A DNA stretch of 64,000 nt from Octopus vulgaris (Eukaryota), in the NCBI GenBank assembly GCA_951406725.2, contig OX597838.1, positions 35,774,001 to 35,838,000 on the forward strand, given 5' to 3'. Made by a program: the position numbers and the translations under genes. The notes under the pieces are model-generated. The model had not been told where the DNA came from. It saw nothing but the letters and a program-made list of their open reading frames with translations, and did no database searches. Positions 13,639 to 26,239 of the stretch are shown here, one piece after another (the first letter of the stretch is position 1; each line of letters begins with the position of its first letter).

Positions 13639-13810
13639 TAGGTGCAGGGGTGGCTGTGTGGTAAGTAGCTTGCTTACCAACCACATGGTTCCGGGTTCGG
13701 TCCTACTGCATGGCACCCTGGGCAAGTGTCTTCTACTATAGCCTCGGGCTGGTCAAAACCTTGTGCGTAGATTTGGTAGATGGAAACTGAAAGAAGCCTG
13801 TCGTATATAT
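13639..13810 (+). mobile_element. SINE family A, 5' half
   Basis: Head up to the internal TA tract. Confidence 0.8.
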
Positions 13811-13824
13811 GTATATATATATAT

Positions 13825-13884
<60 letters not shown>

Positions 13885-14167
13885 ATTAACAGAGGAATTC
13901 AAGACAGGATGCCCCTGGGAGCTTCTCTATGCTGATGACCTTGCTCTAATTGCTGAGTCACTATCAGGGCTCGAGAAGTTTCCAGTGTGGAAACAAGGAT
14001 TAGAATCTAAGGGCCTTAGAGTCAACCTAGCTAAAACCAAAGTTCTATTAAGTAGGAGGGCAGGCAAACCACAAATCCCTTCAGGTAGATAGCCCAAGCA
14101 TGATCGTTGCCAGAGCGGCTAACTGGCTGCCATGCCGGTGGCACGTAAAAAGCACCGTTCGAGCGTG
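13885..14167 (+). mobile_element. RTE-clade LINE reverse-transcriptase fragment joined to a 3' UTR piece
   Basis: EEFKTGCPWELLYADDLALIAES..GLESKGLRVNLAKTKV (YADD motif), then gccggtggcacgtaaaaagcacc. Confidence 0.88.
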
Positions 14168-14984
14168 AATGTGTGTATATTACTGTCGCCTTGCCATGAC
14201 AATGTGTGTCAGCTTTAAGCAAGTGACACTGTCATTCAAGCAGTCCTCTTTATTTGCAGTCTTCCATAAAAACATGTCTGGTTGGGGAAATGCGACCTTG
14301 GTTGGAAAAAGGTGAGGTTTGGTGGCAGGAAAGGCATCTGACTGTAGAAAAATCTGCCTCAAAATGGTCCATCTAACCCATGGGAGCATCATCCTGTTTA
14401 ACGTCCATTGCCAATGCTAGCATGGGTTAGATGGGTTGACCAGAGGTGGCAAGCCAAGGAGTTGCACCAGGTTCTAGTCTGATTTGGTATGGTTTCTATG
14501 GCTGGATGCCCTTCCTAATGCCAACCACTTTACTGAGTGTGCTGGGTGCTTTTAACGTGCCACCATATGGGCCCTTCTATGTGACACCACATGGATGCTT
14601 TTACATGGCACTGCACAGGCTCGTTTATGTGGTACTGTGTGTGCGATTTTATGTGGCACTGCACAGGTGCTCTTACGTGGCATCACACAGACGCTTTAAT
14701 GTTGCACCACACAGGTGCTTTTATGCCACACTGCACAGGTGAATGCTTTGCACTACCAGAAGGATCGGTCTGAATACTTCTGCCATGGAGTATGGGTATT
14801 CGTGCGTAAGGCAAGGTACCAGGTATCACAGTCATTTATTCTGTATCTCGAGCATGAAAAAGTGAATATTAAATGATAATGATGATAAATAAAAATGCAC
14901 ATAATTGTGTATGTAAGTGCATGAACACACACACACACTCATGCACATACACACAGATGTATATGCATGCACATTCATACATAC

Positions 14985-15020
<36 letters not shown>

Positions 15021-15608
15021 GCTCATACATATATTTCTATATTTACATTCATATATATATATATACATATATTTACATTCGTATATATATACATACATAC
15101 ATACATACAATACATACATACATATATATATATATATGCTCATACATATATTTCTATATTTACATTCATCCATAATGCATATACATTCATACACGTATAT
15201 ATAACTTATCATAGATTAGAAATAACCATTTCGATTTTTGTTCTTCACATGGAACCAAGATCCTGCTGTCATTCCATTTATTTGCAGCAAAATATAACCT
15301 GACTTTGAAAACTTCACAATTCTTCAAAAAGTGGAAAAAAAAAAAAAAAAAAGAGATCCATATTTTTTCATTTACCTATTTATTTATTTATCTATTTATT
15401 CGTTTTGCTTACATGAATAATTCTTGGATTCTTAATTTATTTTACCATTTTAAATCTTCTAGTGCTTCTTATTTATTTGCTTTGTGTTTCAATTATGCAC
15501 TCTCTCTCTCTCCCTCTCTGTCCTTTCTCTCTCTCTCTCTCTCTCTTTTCTCTCTCTCTCTCTCTCTCCTTATCTCTCTTTCTCATCTTTCTCATCTTCT
15601 AATTTCAG

Positions 15609-15634
15609 TTTTCGCAACCAGCCACAAGACCATC
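15609..15634 (+). other. 5' UTR part of the same exon; implies an upstream exon
   Basis: Long CT tract and ctaat branch-like motif before tttcag; 26 nt to ATG in context accatcATG. Confidence 0.65.
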
Positions 15635-15966
15635 ATGTTCGATGGTGTTAGCATATCCCCACCAACGAGTGGTGGCACGGCGGTGCCTCTCAACGGCTAC
15701 TTAACCAAAAATCTGTCCATGGCTCAAAGATACCAGGAGGCAACAGCGGCCCAGCCACCGCCGCCGCCGCCGCCGCCCCCACCGCCACCCCCGCCGCTGC
15801 CCCCGTCGTCGATGATTGCTTACAATAAGTCTAAAGAGGAAGTGAAAGTCTCTTCCGAACCACCAGTTTCCGTCAAAATTTCAAATTACGAAATTCTCGA
15901 TCATGAGCGGAAACGGAAAGTGGAACTTAAGTGCATGGAAATGCAAGAGTTGTTTGAAGAGAAAGG
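15635..15966 (+). CDS. First coding exon of an SRRM2/3/4-family (Cwc21/cwf21 domain) splicing factor; partial CDS ending at a phase-2 intron
   Basis: MFDGVSISPPTSGGTAVPLNGYLTKNLS...EILDHERKRKVELKCMEMQELFEEKG matches the cwf21 signature (SRRM2 ILDHERKRRVELRCLELEEMMEEQG, from memory). Acceptor (CT)n..ctaatttcAG ends at 15608, ATG is at 15635, donor GG|GTAAGT is at 15967. Confidence 0.9.
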
Positions 15967-15983
15967 GTAAGTTATATTTGATT

Positions 15984-16049
15984 CCATTCGGTTTGATTCC
16001 ATTCCATTTGTACTGAATTTCTTACTAACCTACCTGCCTCCGTAATAAC
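15984..16049 (+). promoter_or_regulatory. Candidate intronic splicing-regulatory cluster (3x YCAY plus ACTAAC-N13-TAAT)
   Basis: CCAT at 15984, 15999 and 16004; TACTAAC at 16023-16029; TAAT at 16043. Confidence 0.3.
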
Positions 16050-16167
16050 CTACCTTTCTTCCTTCTGAAGTCAGTCTCTTCTTCACTCACTCGCGCCTTT
16101 TCTATGTGTGAATGAGAGTGTCTCAGCGCTTACGAGAGTCTGTGAGTGCATTTGTGTGTAGGATGGA

Positions 16168-16590
16168 AAGAGAGAGAGAGAGAGAGAGAAGGAGAGAGAG
16201 AGTGTGTGTGTGTATGAAAGAGTGTGTGTGTGTGAGAGAGAGAGAGAAGAAGAGTATGTGTGTATGAAAGAGTGTGTGTGTGTGAGAGAGAGAGGAGAGA
16301 GAGTGTGTGTGTGTATGAAAGAGTAAGTGTGTGTGTGAGAGAGAGAGAAGGAGAGAGTGTGTGTGTGTATGAAAGTAAGTGTGTGTGTGTGAGAGAGAGT
16401 GTGTGTGTATGAAAGAGTAAGTGTGTGAGAGAGAGAGAGAGAAGGAGAGTATGTGTGTGTGTGTGTGTATGAAAGAGTAAGTGTGTGTGTGAGAGAGAGA
16501 GAAGGAGAGAGAGTGTGTGTGTATGAAAGAGTAAGTGTGTGTGTGTGTGTGAGAGAGAAGGAGAGAGAGTGTGTGTGTATGAAAGAGTAA

Positions 16591-16624
<34 letters not shown>

Positions 16625-16625
16625 A
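16168..16625. repeat. Compound (GA)/(GT) minisatellite with gtatgaaagag anchor
   Basis: About 8 units, starting ~200 bp after the exon donor. Confidence 0.85.
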
Positions 16626-16837
16626 TGAGGGAAATAGAGGAAAGTATGTGTGTGTGTGTTTGTGTGTTTATAAGAATGTGTTTGCACGGCTATGTGGAAA
16701 TTTCTGTGTATGTAAATGTAAGTGTATGTTTCTGCGTGTATGTCAACACACGTTTGTGGGAGTGAATGGGTGTATGGGTTTGTGTGTGTGCATATGCGTG
16801 CCTTTGTTTTTTTGTTTTTCTTTTGCTTGTGTATGAA

Positions 16838-16868
<31 letters not shown>

Positions 16869-17324
16869 CTATGAAGCGTTATAAAGACATAATTTCATTT
16901 CCTTTCTGTGTGCCTCAAGTCTGATTCTTTCTGTTATAATGGTGTATTTCTTTATACTTTCTTTCTGAGAGCATTCTATAGAGATCAAAGCTTAAAGACA
17001 CACACGTACACATGAGCGCTCAAACACTCAACATCACAGAGGAACACCATACACATACATGCACAATCACAAATATGCACACACTCACACACACATATTA
17101 ACAAATCCACAATACTACACATACATGATCAATATTGCTTATAAACTAATTCCCAAACACATCCGTCCCTATATCAGACTAAAACAATTTGATTCCCATT
17201 TTTATATTTTTACAATTAATTTTGATATTTATCCCATCCCCACTTTTTGTTTTGGTCCTTGAATTTTTTTGATAATTTTTTACTCACACGCTGTTATAGA
17301 ATTGAGATCCTAAAACCAAGGTGC

Positions 17325-17560
17325 CACTTAAAAAACATTGGTGTGGGTGCTGATGCCCCATAAAAAGCACCGGTGCTGGATCCATGTAAAAAGCACTGGT
17401 GCTGGTGCCACGTAAAAAGCACCGGTTCTGGTGCCAGGTAAAAAGCACTTATGCTGGTTCCACATAAAAAGCACTGGTTCTGGTGCCACGTAAAAAGCAC
17501 TGGTGTTGGTTCCACATGAAAAACACTGGTGTTGGTTCCATGTAAAAAGCATTGTTGACA
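17325..17560. repeat. 24-bp tandem repeat (taaaaagcactggt..)
   Basis: About 9 units; resembles an RTE 3' UTR submotif; 22-bp relative at 14545-14745. Confidence 0.8.
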
Positions 17561-17950
17561 GCACTATGTAAAATGCACTCAATACACTTTGTAAAGTGGT
17601 TGGCACTAGGAAGGGCATTGAGTCATAGAAACCAAGCCAAAGGAAATACCAATACTGATACAATTTCTCAACTTGTAGTGCCATTGGATTACCAGACTAA
17701 AATGGTTTGGGTGGTTTTGTTAAAATTCTTCCTACTCTTGAGCTTTTTTCTCTTTTTTTGGTTGTAAATATTTAGCCACAGGCTTGGCTGTGTAGAAGAT
17801 GCTCAATTTACAACCTCATGTGGTGTTTTGGATTCAGTCCCAATGCATTGTACATTGAGCAAATGTCTTGTGCTGAAGATTCAGGCTGACCAATGCCTTG
17901 TGAGTGAATTAGGTAGAGAGAAACTGAAAGGAGCACATCATATACAGGGT

Positions 17951-18290
17951 CATCGTCGTCGTTTAGCGTCCGCTTTCCATGCTAGCATGGGTTGGACGGT
18001 TCGACTGGGGTCTGGGAAGCCAGAAGGCTGCACCAGGCCCAGTCTAATCTGGCAATGTTTCTACGGCTGGATGCCCTTCCTAACGCCAACCACTCCGTGA
18101 GTGTAGTGGATGCTTTTTATGTGCCAGACAGGGCTGGCAAACGGCCACAGTCGGATGGTGCTTTTTACGTGCCACCGGCACGGGGGCCAGGCAGCGCTGG
18201 CAATGGCCATGTTGGGATGGTTCACTTACGTGCCACCGGCACTGGTGTCACAGCTACAATTTCCCTTGATGTTGACTGATTTCGATTCTG
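17951..18290 (-). mobile_element. RTE 3' UTR fragment
   Basis: Same family consensus. Confidence 0.75.
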
Positions 18291-18753
18291 GGTGCGTAAG
18301 ATATTTGAGGACAGATTTATGTTTATAAAAGAAACAAATATATAATAACAGATAATAACTTTATTTATCAAAAAATGCTATGAGGATAAAAATAAACCTT
18401 CTTTTCTATAATGTTACTCAATAAAGCAACCTTCAGCTTTAAGAACTGCTTCTATATTAGATCTAAATCATCTACATGCTTGAATCAAGTGGTCCTGGTT
18501 CATTTTGGACATTACTCTGACTATGGCAGCTTTCAAAGAATCTTTGGTGTTATGGGTGTGTTCATTGACCGCTCTCTTAACAAGGCTCTACATGCCTCTT
18601 AACATGCCTCTTCATACCTCTTAACATGCCTCTTCATTTCTTGAGTAAGCTGAGGGTCTGCTATTATTATTTTCTGAAATGAAGATTATACAGAGTTTGC
18701 AAAAAATGCAGCAATGACCCCCAAAAGGTATGTCCTCAAATACATTATGCACC

Positions 18754-18802
<49 letters not shown>

Positions 18803-18915
18803 TATTTATATATATATATTTATATATATATATATTTATATATGTATATTTATGTATATATTTGGTTTATTTACATTCCTGTAACTTAGCAGTTTGGCAT
18901 ATATATATATTTATT

Positions 18916-18947
<32 letters not shown>

Positions 18948-19270
18948 TATATATGTATATATATGTATATATTTGGTTTATTTACATTCCTGTAACTTAG
19001 CAGTTTGGCAAAAGAGAATGATAGAATAAGTGGCAGATGAAAAAAATATTGTACTCGGGTCAATTTGTTTGGCAGAATTGTTTTCACGTTGCGCAAAATG
19101 CTTAGTGGTATTTCGTCTGTCTATATGTTCTGAGTTCATATTCCATCACGATTAACTTTGCCCTTCATCCTTTTTGGGGTCGATAAAATAGTACCAGTTG
19201 CATACTGGGGTTGATGCAATTGACTGCCCCCCTCCCCCACATTTCAGGTATTGTGCCTATAATAGAAAGG

Positions 19271-19309
<39 letters not shown>

Positions 19310-19679
19310 ATTAAGGTTGTGAGCTGGTAAAGTTGTTAGCATGCTGGGCAAGGTGCTTAGTGGCATGATCTGAGTTCAAATTCTGCTGAGGTCGACTTTA
19401 GCTTTTATCCTTTGAAGGTTGATAAACTAAGTACCAGACAAGTACTGGGGTTGATGTAATCAGCTGTCCCCTTCCCACAAATTCCTGGCCTGGTGCCTAT
19501 AGTAGAAAGGGTTATTATTGGCTGTCCCTTCCTCTACAATTCTTGACTTTGTGCCAAAACCTGAAACTAGTTTTATGATTTACTCATCTCTATGTAAATG
19601 TTCACCATCCTTTGTCATTGTATTGTCCTAAATGATTTGGTGGTCCTTGTGGCCAATAAAAAAAGAATTATCATTATTA

Positions 19680-19910
19680 GCACCATCCGATCGTGGCTGT
19701 TTGCCAGCCTCGTCTGGCACCTGTGCCGGTAGCACGTAAAAAGCACCCACTACACTCATGGAGTGGTTGGCGTTAGGAAGGGCATCCAGCCGTAGAAACA
19801 TTGCCAGATCAGACTGGGCCTGGTGCAGCCTTCTGGCTTCCCAGACCCCAGTTGAACCATCCAACCCATGCCAGCATGGAAAGCGGACGCTAAACGATGA
19901 TGATGATGAT
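19680..19910 (+). mobile_element. RTE 3' UTR fragment with (GAT)n tail
   Basis: ..ggaaagcggacgctaaacgatgatgatgat. Confidence 0.75.
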
Positions 19911-20755
19911 AATAATTTTCTTTAATATAATTTTCAACTTTTGCTTTTTTGCAGTTCTATTTGAAATTAAATCTAAATAATAAATAAATGAATAGTTTTG
20001 AAAACGTAAAAACTAAAACAAGAAAAAAGCATAAATCAAAACAAGCAAAATAAATTCTGAAAAACATTAAAATACATAAAAATAAATGTCTAATTAAAAC
20101 TTTAAAATAAATCTTAAAAGCATGAAAATTGAAAAAAAAATTAGTAAAAAAAAAAAAATTAGATATAATAAAAATAACGTAAGAAAAAAAGAAACCCCGA
20201 TAAATTTTGAAATAAATCCCAAAGATGACATGCCAGCATAATGGCCATTTTTAATCCTGTGGAACTGTTGTCGTGCGCAAGTCTTTCTGTTAATACACGA
20301 GACATGTGTCACATACAGACATTTCAGTTCTGGTTGTGAAGTCTTTTTTTAAGTCTAAAATTTCTCAGGCTGTGTGTGTGTGTGAGTTTTCCTTTCTTAT
20401 GATGTCTCCTTCCTTATCTCTGTCTGTGTCTCTGTTTTTTCTCTCTTCCTCTCTCTCTCTCTCTCTCTCTCATTTCTAATGGTCATATAGAATGCTACAT
20501 ATGTACTCACACAAGCATGTACATGTACATACACACACATATACACACACACACATACATGCAAGCATATCATATTTCAATCTTCTTCACATAGATGTGT
20601 CCATTCATGCACATATACACATAAACCCACACACATACATACTATTGTGTATATATATATATATAGTTAATCCAAACAAGAAAGCACAAAAAAAAACAAC
20701 AACGCAAGGACGTGGAACAAATAAAGTATTATTGGACGCTCAAGAAAGAAGGAGG

Positions 20756-20790
20756 GTTTAACGTTTCGAGCGGAGCTCTTTGTCAGAAAC
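20756..20790 (-). ncRNA. Minimal hammerhead motif, G8>A core change
   Basis: GTTT-CTGACAA-A-GAGC-TCC-GCTC-GAA-ACGT-T-AAAC, in a ~200-bp unique block between microsatellites. Confidence 0.6.
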
Positions 20791-20955
20791 ATAGAAGGAA
20801 AGATCCAGAGAAGGGAAGACAGAGGAAAAAAAATCGCCAACGGTACACACGAGGTCACATTTTGAAAGCAATATATATATATATATACATTTACATACAT
20901 ACATATATACATTCATACATACATACATACATACATACATACATACATACATACA

Positions 20956-21024
<69 letters not shown>

Positions 21025-21171
21025 GTTAAACGTCCGATGAATGGGAACGTAAAACTCCTAGTAACAGGTTTTGTTGAATTTCTGCTGCTTTTAAATAAAG
21101 CATATTACTCTACCCCTGGTATTTGAGTACTCTTTTTTCAACCTTGTTTCACATTTATGTATTTACTCTGG

Positions 21172-21213
<42 letters not shown>

Positions 21214-21756
21214 CAGACAGAGAAAGTGATATAGATACACATATATACATAAGCAAACTTATCACATTTCAGTCTTGTATGCATATATGCACTCACACAG
21301 GAATACAATGATAACACATTCACATTGACACATACTAACAAATGCACATATCTCTTAGCCTCACACACATATCTTTATATATATATATATATCACAGTAC
21401 TGACCAGACCATTAGATGCTATTTAAAAGGCATTGGTCACAATCTGCTTCCAATTCTGTCTTCATTGTACCATTCATTACCTTCTTGACCAAAATCGATT
21501 TTTCATTGTCATGGAAGCCTTTCAAATGGCCTTTTCTCATCTCTTGGATACCAGTTGGCCACTGCACAGGTGGAACTTGCGCTTTTGATATTCTGTAATC
21601 GCATTGTTCACTGCATTCCATTCTCAAAGTACAGTAATCTCTCGACTAATGCAGGTGTTATGTTCCAAAACCCTACACAATAGGTAAAACCCACAAAGTA
21701 GAAACAGTACTGCACTGTATATATTTAAAAATTATTTTTATAATTTGTATAGATTT

Positions 21757-21778
21757 CATCATCATCATCGTTAAACGA

Positions 21779-21826
<48 letters not shown>

Positions 21827-22131
21827 GTTTAACGTCCGTTTTCCATGCTAGCATGGGTTGGATGGTTCGACCGGGGTCTGGGAAGCGAGGAGGCTGCACC
21901 AGGCTCCAGGCTGATCTGGCAGTGTTTCTACATCTGGATGCCCTTCCTAACACCAACCACTCCGTGAGTGTAGTGGGTGCTTTTTACGTGCCACCAGCGC
22001 AGGTGCCAGGGCAGGCTGGCAACGGCCACGATCGGTTGGTGTTTTTTTATGTGCCACAGGCATGGAAGCCAGTCAAGGCAGCGCTGGCATCGGCCACATT
22101 CGGATGGTGCTTTTTACGTGCCACCGGCACA
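21757..22131 (-). mobile_element. RTE 3' UTR fragment
   Basis: Long (CAT)n then family consensus. Confidence 0.75.
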
Positions 22132-22231
22132 ACTTTATTAAAGTATTGAGTTCTTATTGTTGGTTCAGCTGTTGTATCATCATGTATGTTAACTCACTTT
22201 GAAACATATTTATAATTTTTCACACACACAC

Positions 22232-22609
22232 AGGCGTAGGAGTGGCTGTGTGGCAAGTAGCTTGCTTACCAGCCACATGGTTCCAGGTTCAGTCCCACTG
22301 CATGGCACCTTGGGCAAGTGTCTTCTACTATAGCCTCAGGCTGACCAAAGCCTTGTGAGTGGATTTGGTAGATGGAAACTGAAAGAAGCCCGTTGTATAT
22401 ATGTGTGTGTGTGTATATGTTTGTGTGTCTGTGTTTGTCCCCCTAACATCGCTTGACAAGCGATGCTGGTGTATTTACATCTCTGTAACTTAGCAGTTCG
22501 GTAAAAGAGACTAATAGAATAAGTACTAGGCTTACAAAGAATAAATCCTGGGGTTGATTTGCATGGCCACAGTCAAATGACTGAAACGAGTAAAAGAGTA
22601 AAAAGAGTA
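22232..22609 (+). mobile_element. SINE family A
   Basis: Family consensus. Confidence 0.85.
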
Positions 22610-22997
22610 TAGAGAGTTTGCACATACCCATGCACACTTATATACATATACACATGTGTTTATGCATATGTCTATATATATTTATATATGTACATGTGTG
22701 TATATATTTATATATTTATATATGTACATGTGTGTGTATGTATGTGTATTAGAATCTGTATCACTGAGTACGTATATATATGCACACACACATGACCTGA
22801 TTGGAGCTTTGTGCAGCCTCCTGGCTTGCCAGGCCTCAGTCAAACTGTCCGACCCATGCCAGCATGGAAAGTGGATGTTAAATGACGATGATATGTAAAT
22901 GTTAAGTGATGAAAATGAGTGCTCAACACCATTTTGGTAGCTGGACGAAACCAATGGTAGGCTTAATTCATAAATAAAGAGTATGTATATATATATG

Positions 22998-23153
22998 ACT
23001 ACACTCTCGGAGTGGTTGGTGTTAGGAAGGGCATCCAGCTGTAGAAACACTGCCAGATCAGACTGGGCTTGGTGCAGCCTTCTGGCTTCCCAGACCCCAG
23101 TCAGACCGTCCGACCCATGCTAGCATGGAAAGCGGACGTTAAACGATGATGAT
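22998..23153 (+). mobile_element. RTE 3' UTR fragment
   Basis: Family consensus ending in gatgatgat. Confidence 0.75.
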
Positions 23154-23154
23154 A

Positions 23155-23186
<32 letters not shown>

Positions 23187-23415
23187 CACACACTCACATA
23201 CATACACTTACACATGCATATATTTACACACATGCTCATACACAATAACTCAGAGAGAGAGAGAGTGAGAGAGAAAATAATGTATCAAATTACACAATTA
23301 GAGAGAAATACATATGGTAATTATGTGTATATATGTGTGTGTGTGTGTGTGTGCATCCGCGTTGCGCATATCTGTGCATATATGCCTATCATGTGTGTGT
23401 TCATGTATGCGCATG

Positions 23416-23446
<31 letters not shown>

Positions 23447-23793
23447 TGATTGATTGACAAATAGAGATGTACAAAGAGAGAGTGGGGGGAGAGTGCATGT
23501 GTGGAAAAAGAGAAAGGTTTTTAAAAGTATCCACTGCACTGGTGCATTCTCAGAGCCTTTGTATAAAGTCATGCTTTACCAGGTGCAAAATATGTTGCAC
23601 TTTCTGCATGGGACTGGTTTGGGGAGGTGGAGGTGGATGTTTTTGTGTGCAGCAAATCAATAGCTTGGGTTGTTACCATTAGGAAAACAAAGGCCTCTTT
23701 TGTTCCCCCCTCCCGGTGTGTTTTCCTCTTGTTCAATGTTCCAGCGTTCTCTCTTGTCCTCTGCAAATACATTCGCGCACGTGTGTGTGTGTG

Positions 23794-23844
<51 letters not shown>

Positions 23845-23950
23845 ATATATGGATGCATATACACACATATATAGATGCATATATACATATATGTGTGTGA
23901 ATGTATATATATATATACACACAGTCTCTGTGTGTCTGTGTATATATATA

Positions 23951-23984
<34 letters not shown>

Positions 23985-24021
23985 TATATGTATGCACGTA
24001 TATATGTCTGTATATGTATGA

Positions 24022-24058
<37 letters not shown>

Positions 24059-24677
24059 CATATATGTATGCACGTATATATGTCTGTATATGTATGAGCA
24101 TATATATATATATATATACACATACATATATGTATGCACGTATATATGTCTGTATATGTATGAGCATATATATAGATGTATACATGTGTTTATATATATA
24201 TATATATATATGTATGTGTATGCATGTGTGTGTATAGTGGTAAAAGAAAAACAATTCAAAGAGAAATGAATTAAAACAAATGTTTTAAGTAAATGAAGAG
24301 AAATTAAAGTCAAAGAATTTATATAAAATGTGAGAAAAAGCATATCAATAACATAAATCTATATTATACTTCTGCCTGTTCGTTCGTTCACATGTTACAC
24401 TGTTTTGTGGTTAACTGAAAGGGGAGGCAAAGAATGAAGGAGGGAGAAATGTTACCAATGAGAAGTAGGGGAAAAGTAATAGTCGCTATGCTAAGATGCT
24501 CTCAAATGGTTAGTTCAAGGAAGAAATGGTGAGGGAGAGAGAGAGAGAGACAGTGCTACCACTGAGAGGTAAGAGAAAGATATTGCTATTACATTGTATG
24601 GTTAATGAGTTGAAGAAGGAGGTAGAAAGTAGAAAGAAAGAGATATAAAGACCTTCAATTCAGAGGAATGTGGTATA

Positions 24678-24903
24678 TATTTCTTTACTGCCCACAAGGG
24701 GCTAAACACAGAGGGGACAAACAAGGACAGACAAAGGGATTAAGTCAATTACATCGACCCCAGTGCGTAACTGGTACTTTATTTATCGACCCCGAAAGGA
24801 TGAAAGGCAAAGTCGACCTCGGCGGAATTTGAACTCAGAACGTAACGGCAGACGAAATACGGCTAAGCATTTCGCCCAGCGTGCTGACGTTTCTGCCAGC
24901 TCG
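24678..24903 (-). mobile_element. SINE family B
   Basis: TSD ggaatgtggtata. Confidence 0.88.
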
Positions 24904-25041
24904 GGAATGTGGTATAGTTGAGGCAAAAGACAGAGATGGAGAGAGAGAGAGAATTAGTGACTGAGTGTTGACTGAAAGGAACATGGGAGTGGAAAGCAGT
25001 TATGTGATTTTAAATGTTATATAATAGAATATTATGACCAA

Positions 25042-25439
25042 CAGGAGTGGCTGTGTGGTAAGTAGCTTGCTAACCAACCACATGGTTCCAGGTTCAGTCC
25101 CACTGCGTGGCATCTTGGGCAAGTGTCTTCTACTATAGTCCCGGGCCGACCAATGCCTTGTGAGTGGATTTGGTAGACGGAAACTGAAAGAAGCCTGTCG
25201 TATATATGTATGTGTGTGTGTGTGTGTTTGTGTGTCTGTGTTTGTCCCCCTAGCATTGCTTGACAACCTATGCTGGTGTGTTTATGTCCCCGACACTTAG
25301 CAGTTCGGCAAAAAGAGACCGATAGAATAAGTACTGGGCTTACAAAAGAATAAGTCCCGGGGTCAATTTGCTCGACTAAAGGCGGCGCTCCAGCATGGCC
25401 GCAGTCAAATGACTGAAACAAGTAAAAGAGTAAAAGAGA
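25042..25439 (+). mobile_element. SINE family A
   Basis: Family consensus; partial copy at 25692-25842. Confidence 0.85.
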
Positions 25440-26239
25440 TGTTTGTATTTTTAGAGTGGACAGATACATAGAAAGAAATGTAAGCAGAATACGATCAATA
25501 GGTGAGTAAGTAGATTGGTGGGTGGGTAGGTTGGTGGGTAAGTAAATCGATAGATAGAGAGATTGATTGATTGTTTGATCTCCCCTTCAATATTGCTTGT
25601 GAGGATCTTCACATCTTATCAAGAATCAAATGTTTCAGAAAAATATACAATTCCATCATACAATGTTTAAAATAACTGTAGAATTTCCGCAAGTGGCTGT
25701 GTGGTATGTAGCTTGCTAACCAGCCACATGGTTCTGGGTCCAGTTTCACTGTGTGGCACCTTGGGCAAGTGTCTTCTACTATAGCCTCAGGCCAACCAAA
25801 GCCTTGTGAGTGGATTTAGTAGACGGAATTTGAAAGAAACCCACCCTGCTCAAAAGGTCCCTAAATAAGGTTTGTTTAAGGATGATGAATGAAACACCCA
25901 TATTTGTAGGGGTGAATTATTCAAACCCAAAGAATTCCTCTCAACACATGGCTATGATACCCCAAACACTACTTCTGCTTGTGATCAGAGATGCACATAT
26001 CATCAGCCACTAAGGTACAAGCTCAACTGATTAAGGTCAAGCAACTGACAAGCAAATCTGTGGTATCTGTAGTCCATCTTTTATACCAAGACAAAACAAT
26101 ATATATGATAACACTTCCAATCAGTTAAGATGAGAAACCATGAGAATCACTGTCAGGTGCTGTATTAGGTTCTTTATTAATATCATTATTATTGTTATTT
26201 AGGCGCTGAGTTGGCAGAATTGTTAGCATGCTCGGCATA

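Noticed and set aside
15305-15634. N-terminal 110 aa of the 221-aa ORF
   Set aside because: Mostly intronic T-rich and (CT)n sequence upstream of the splice acceptor; homology starts at ATG 15635
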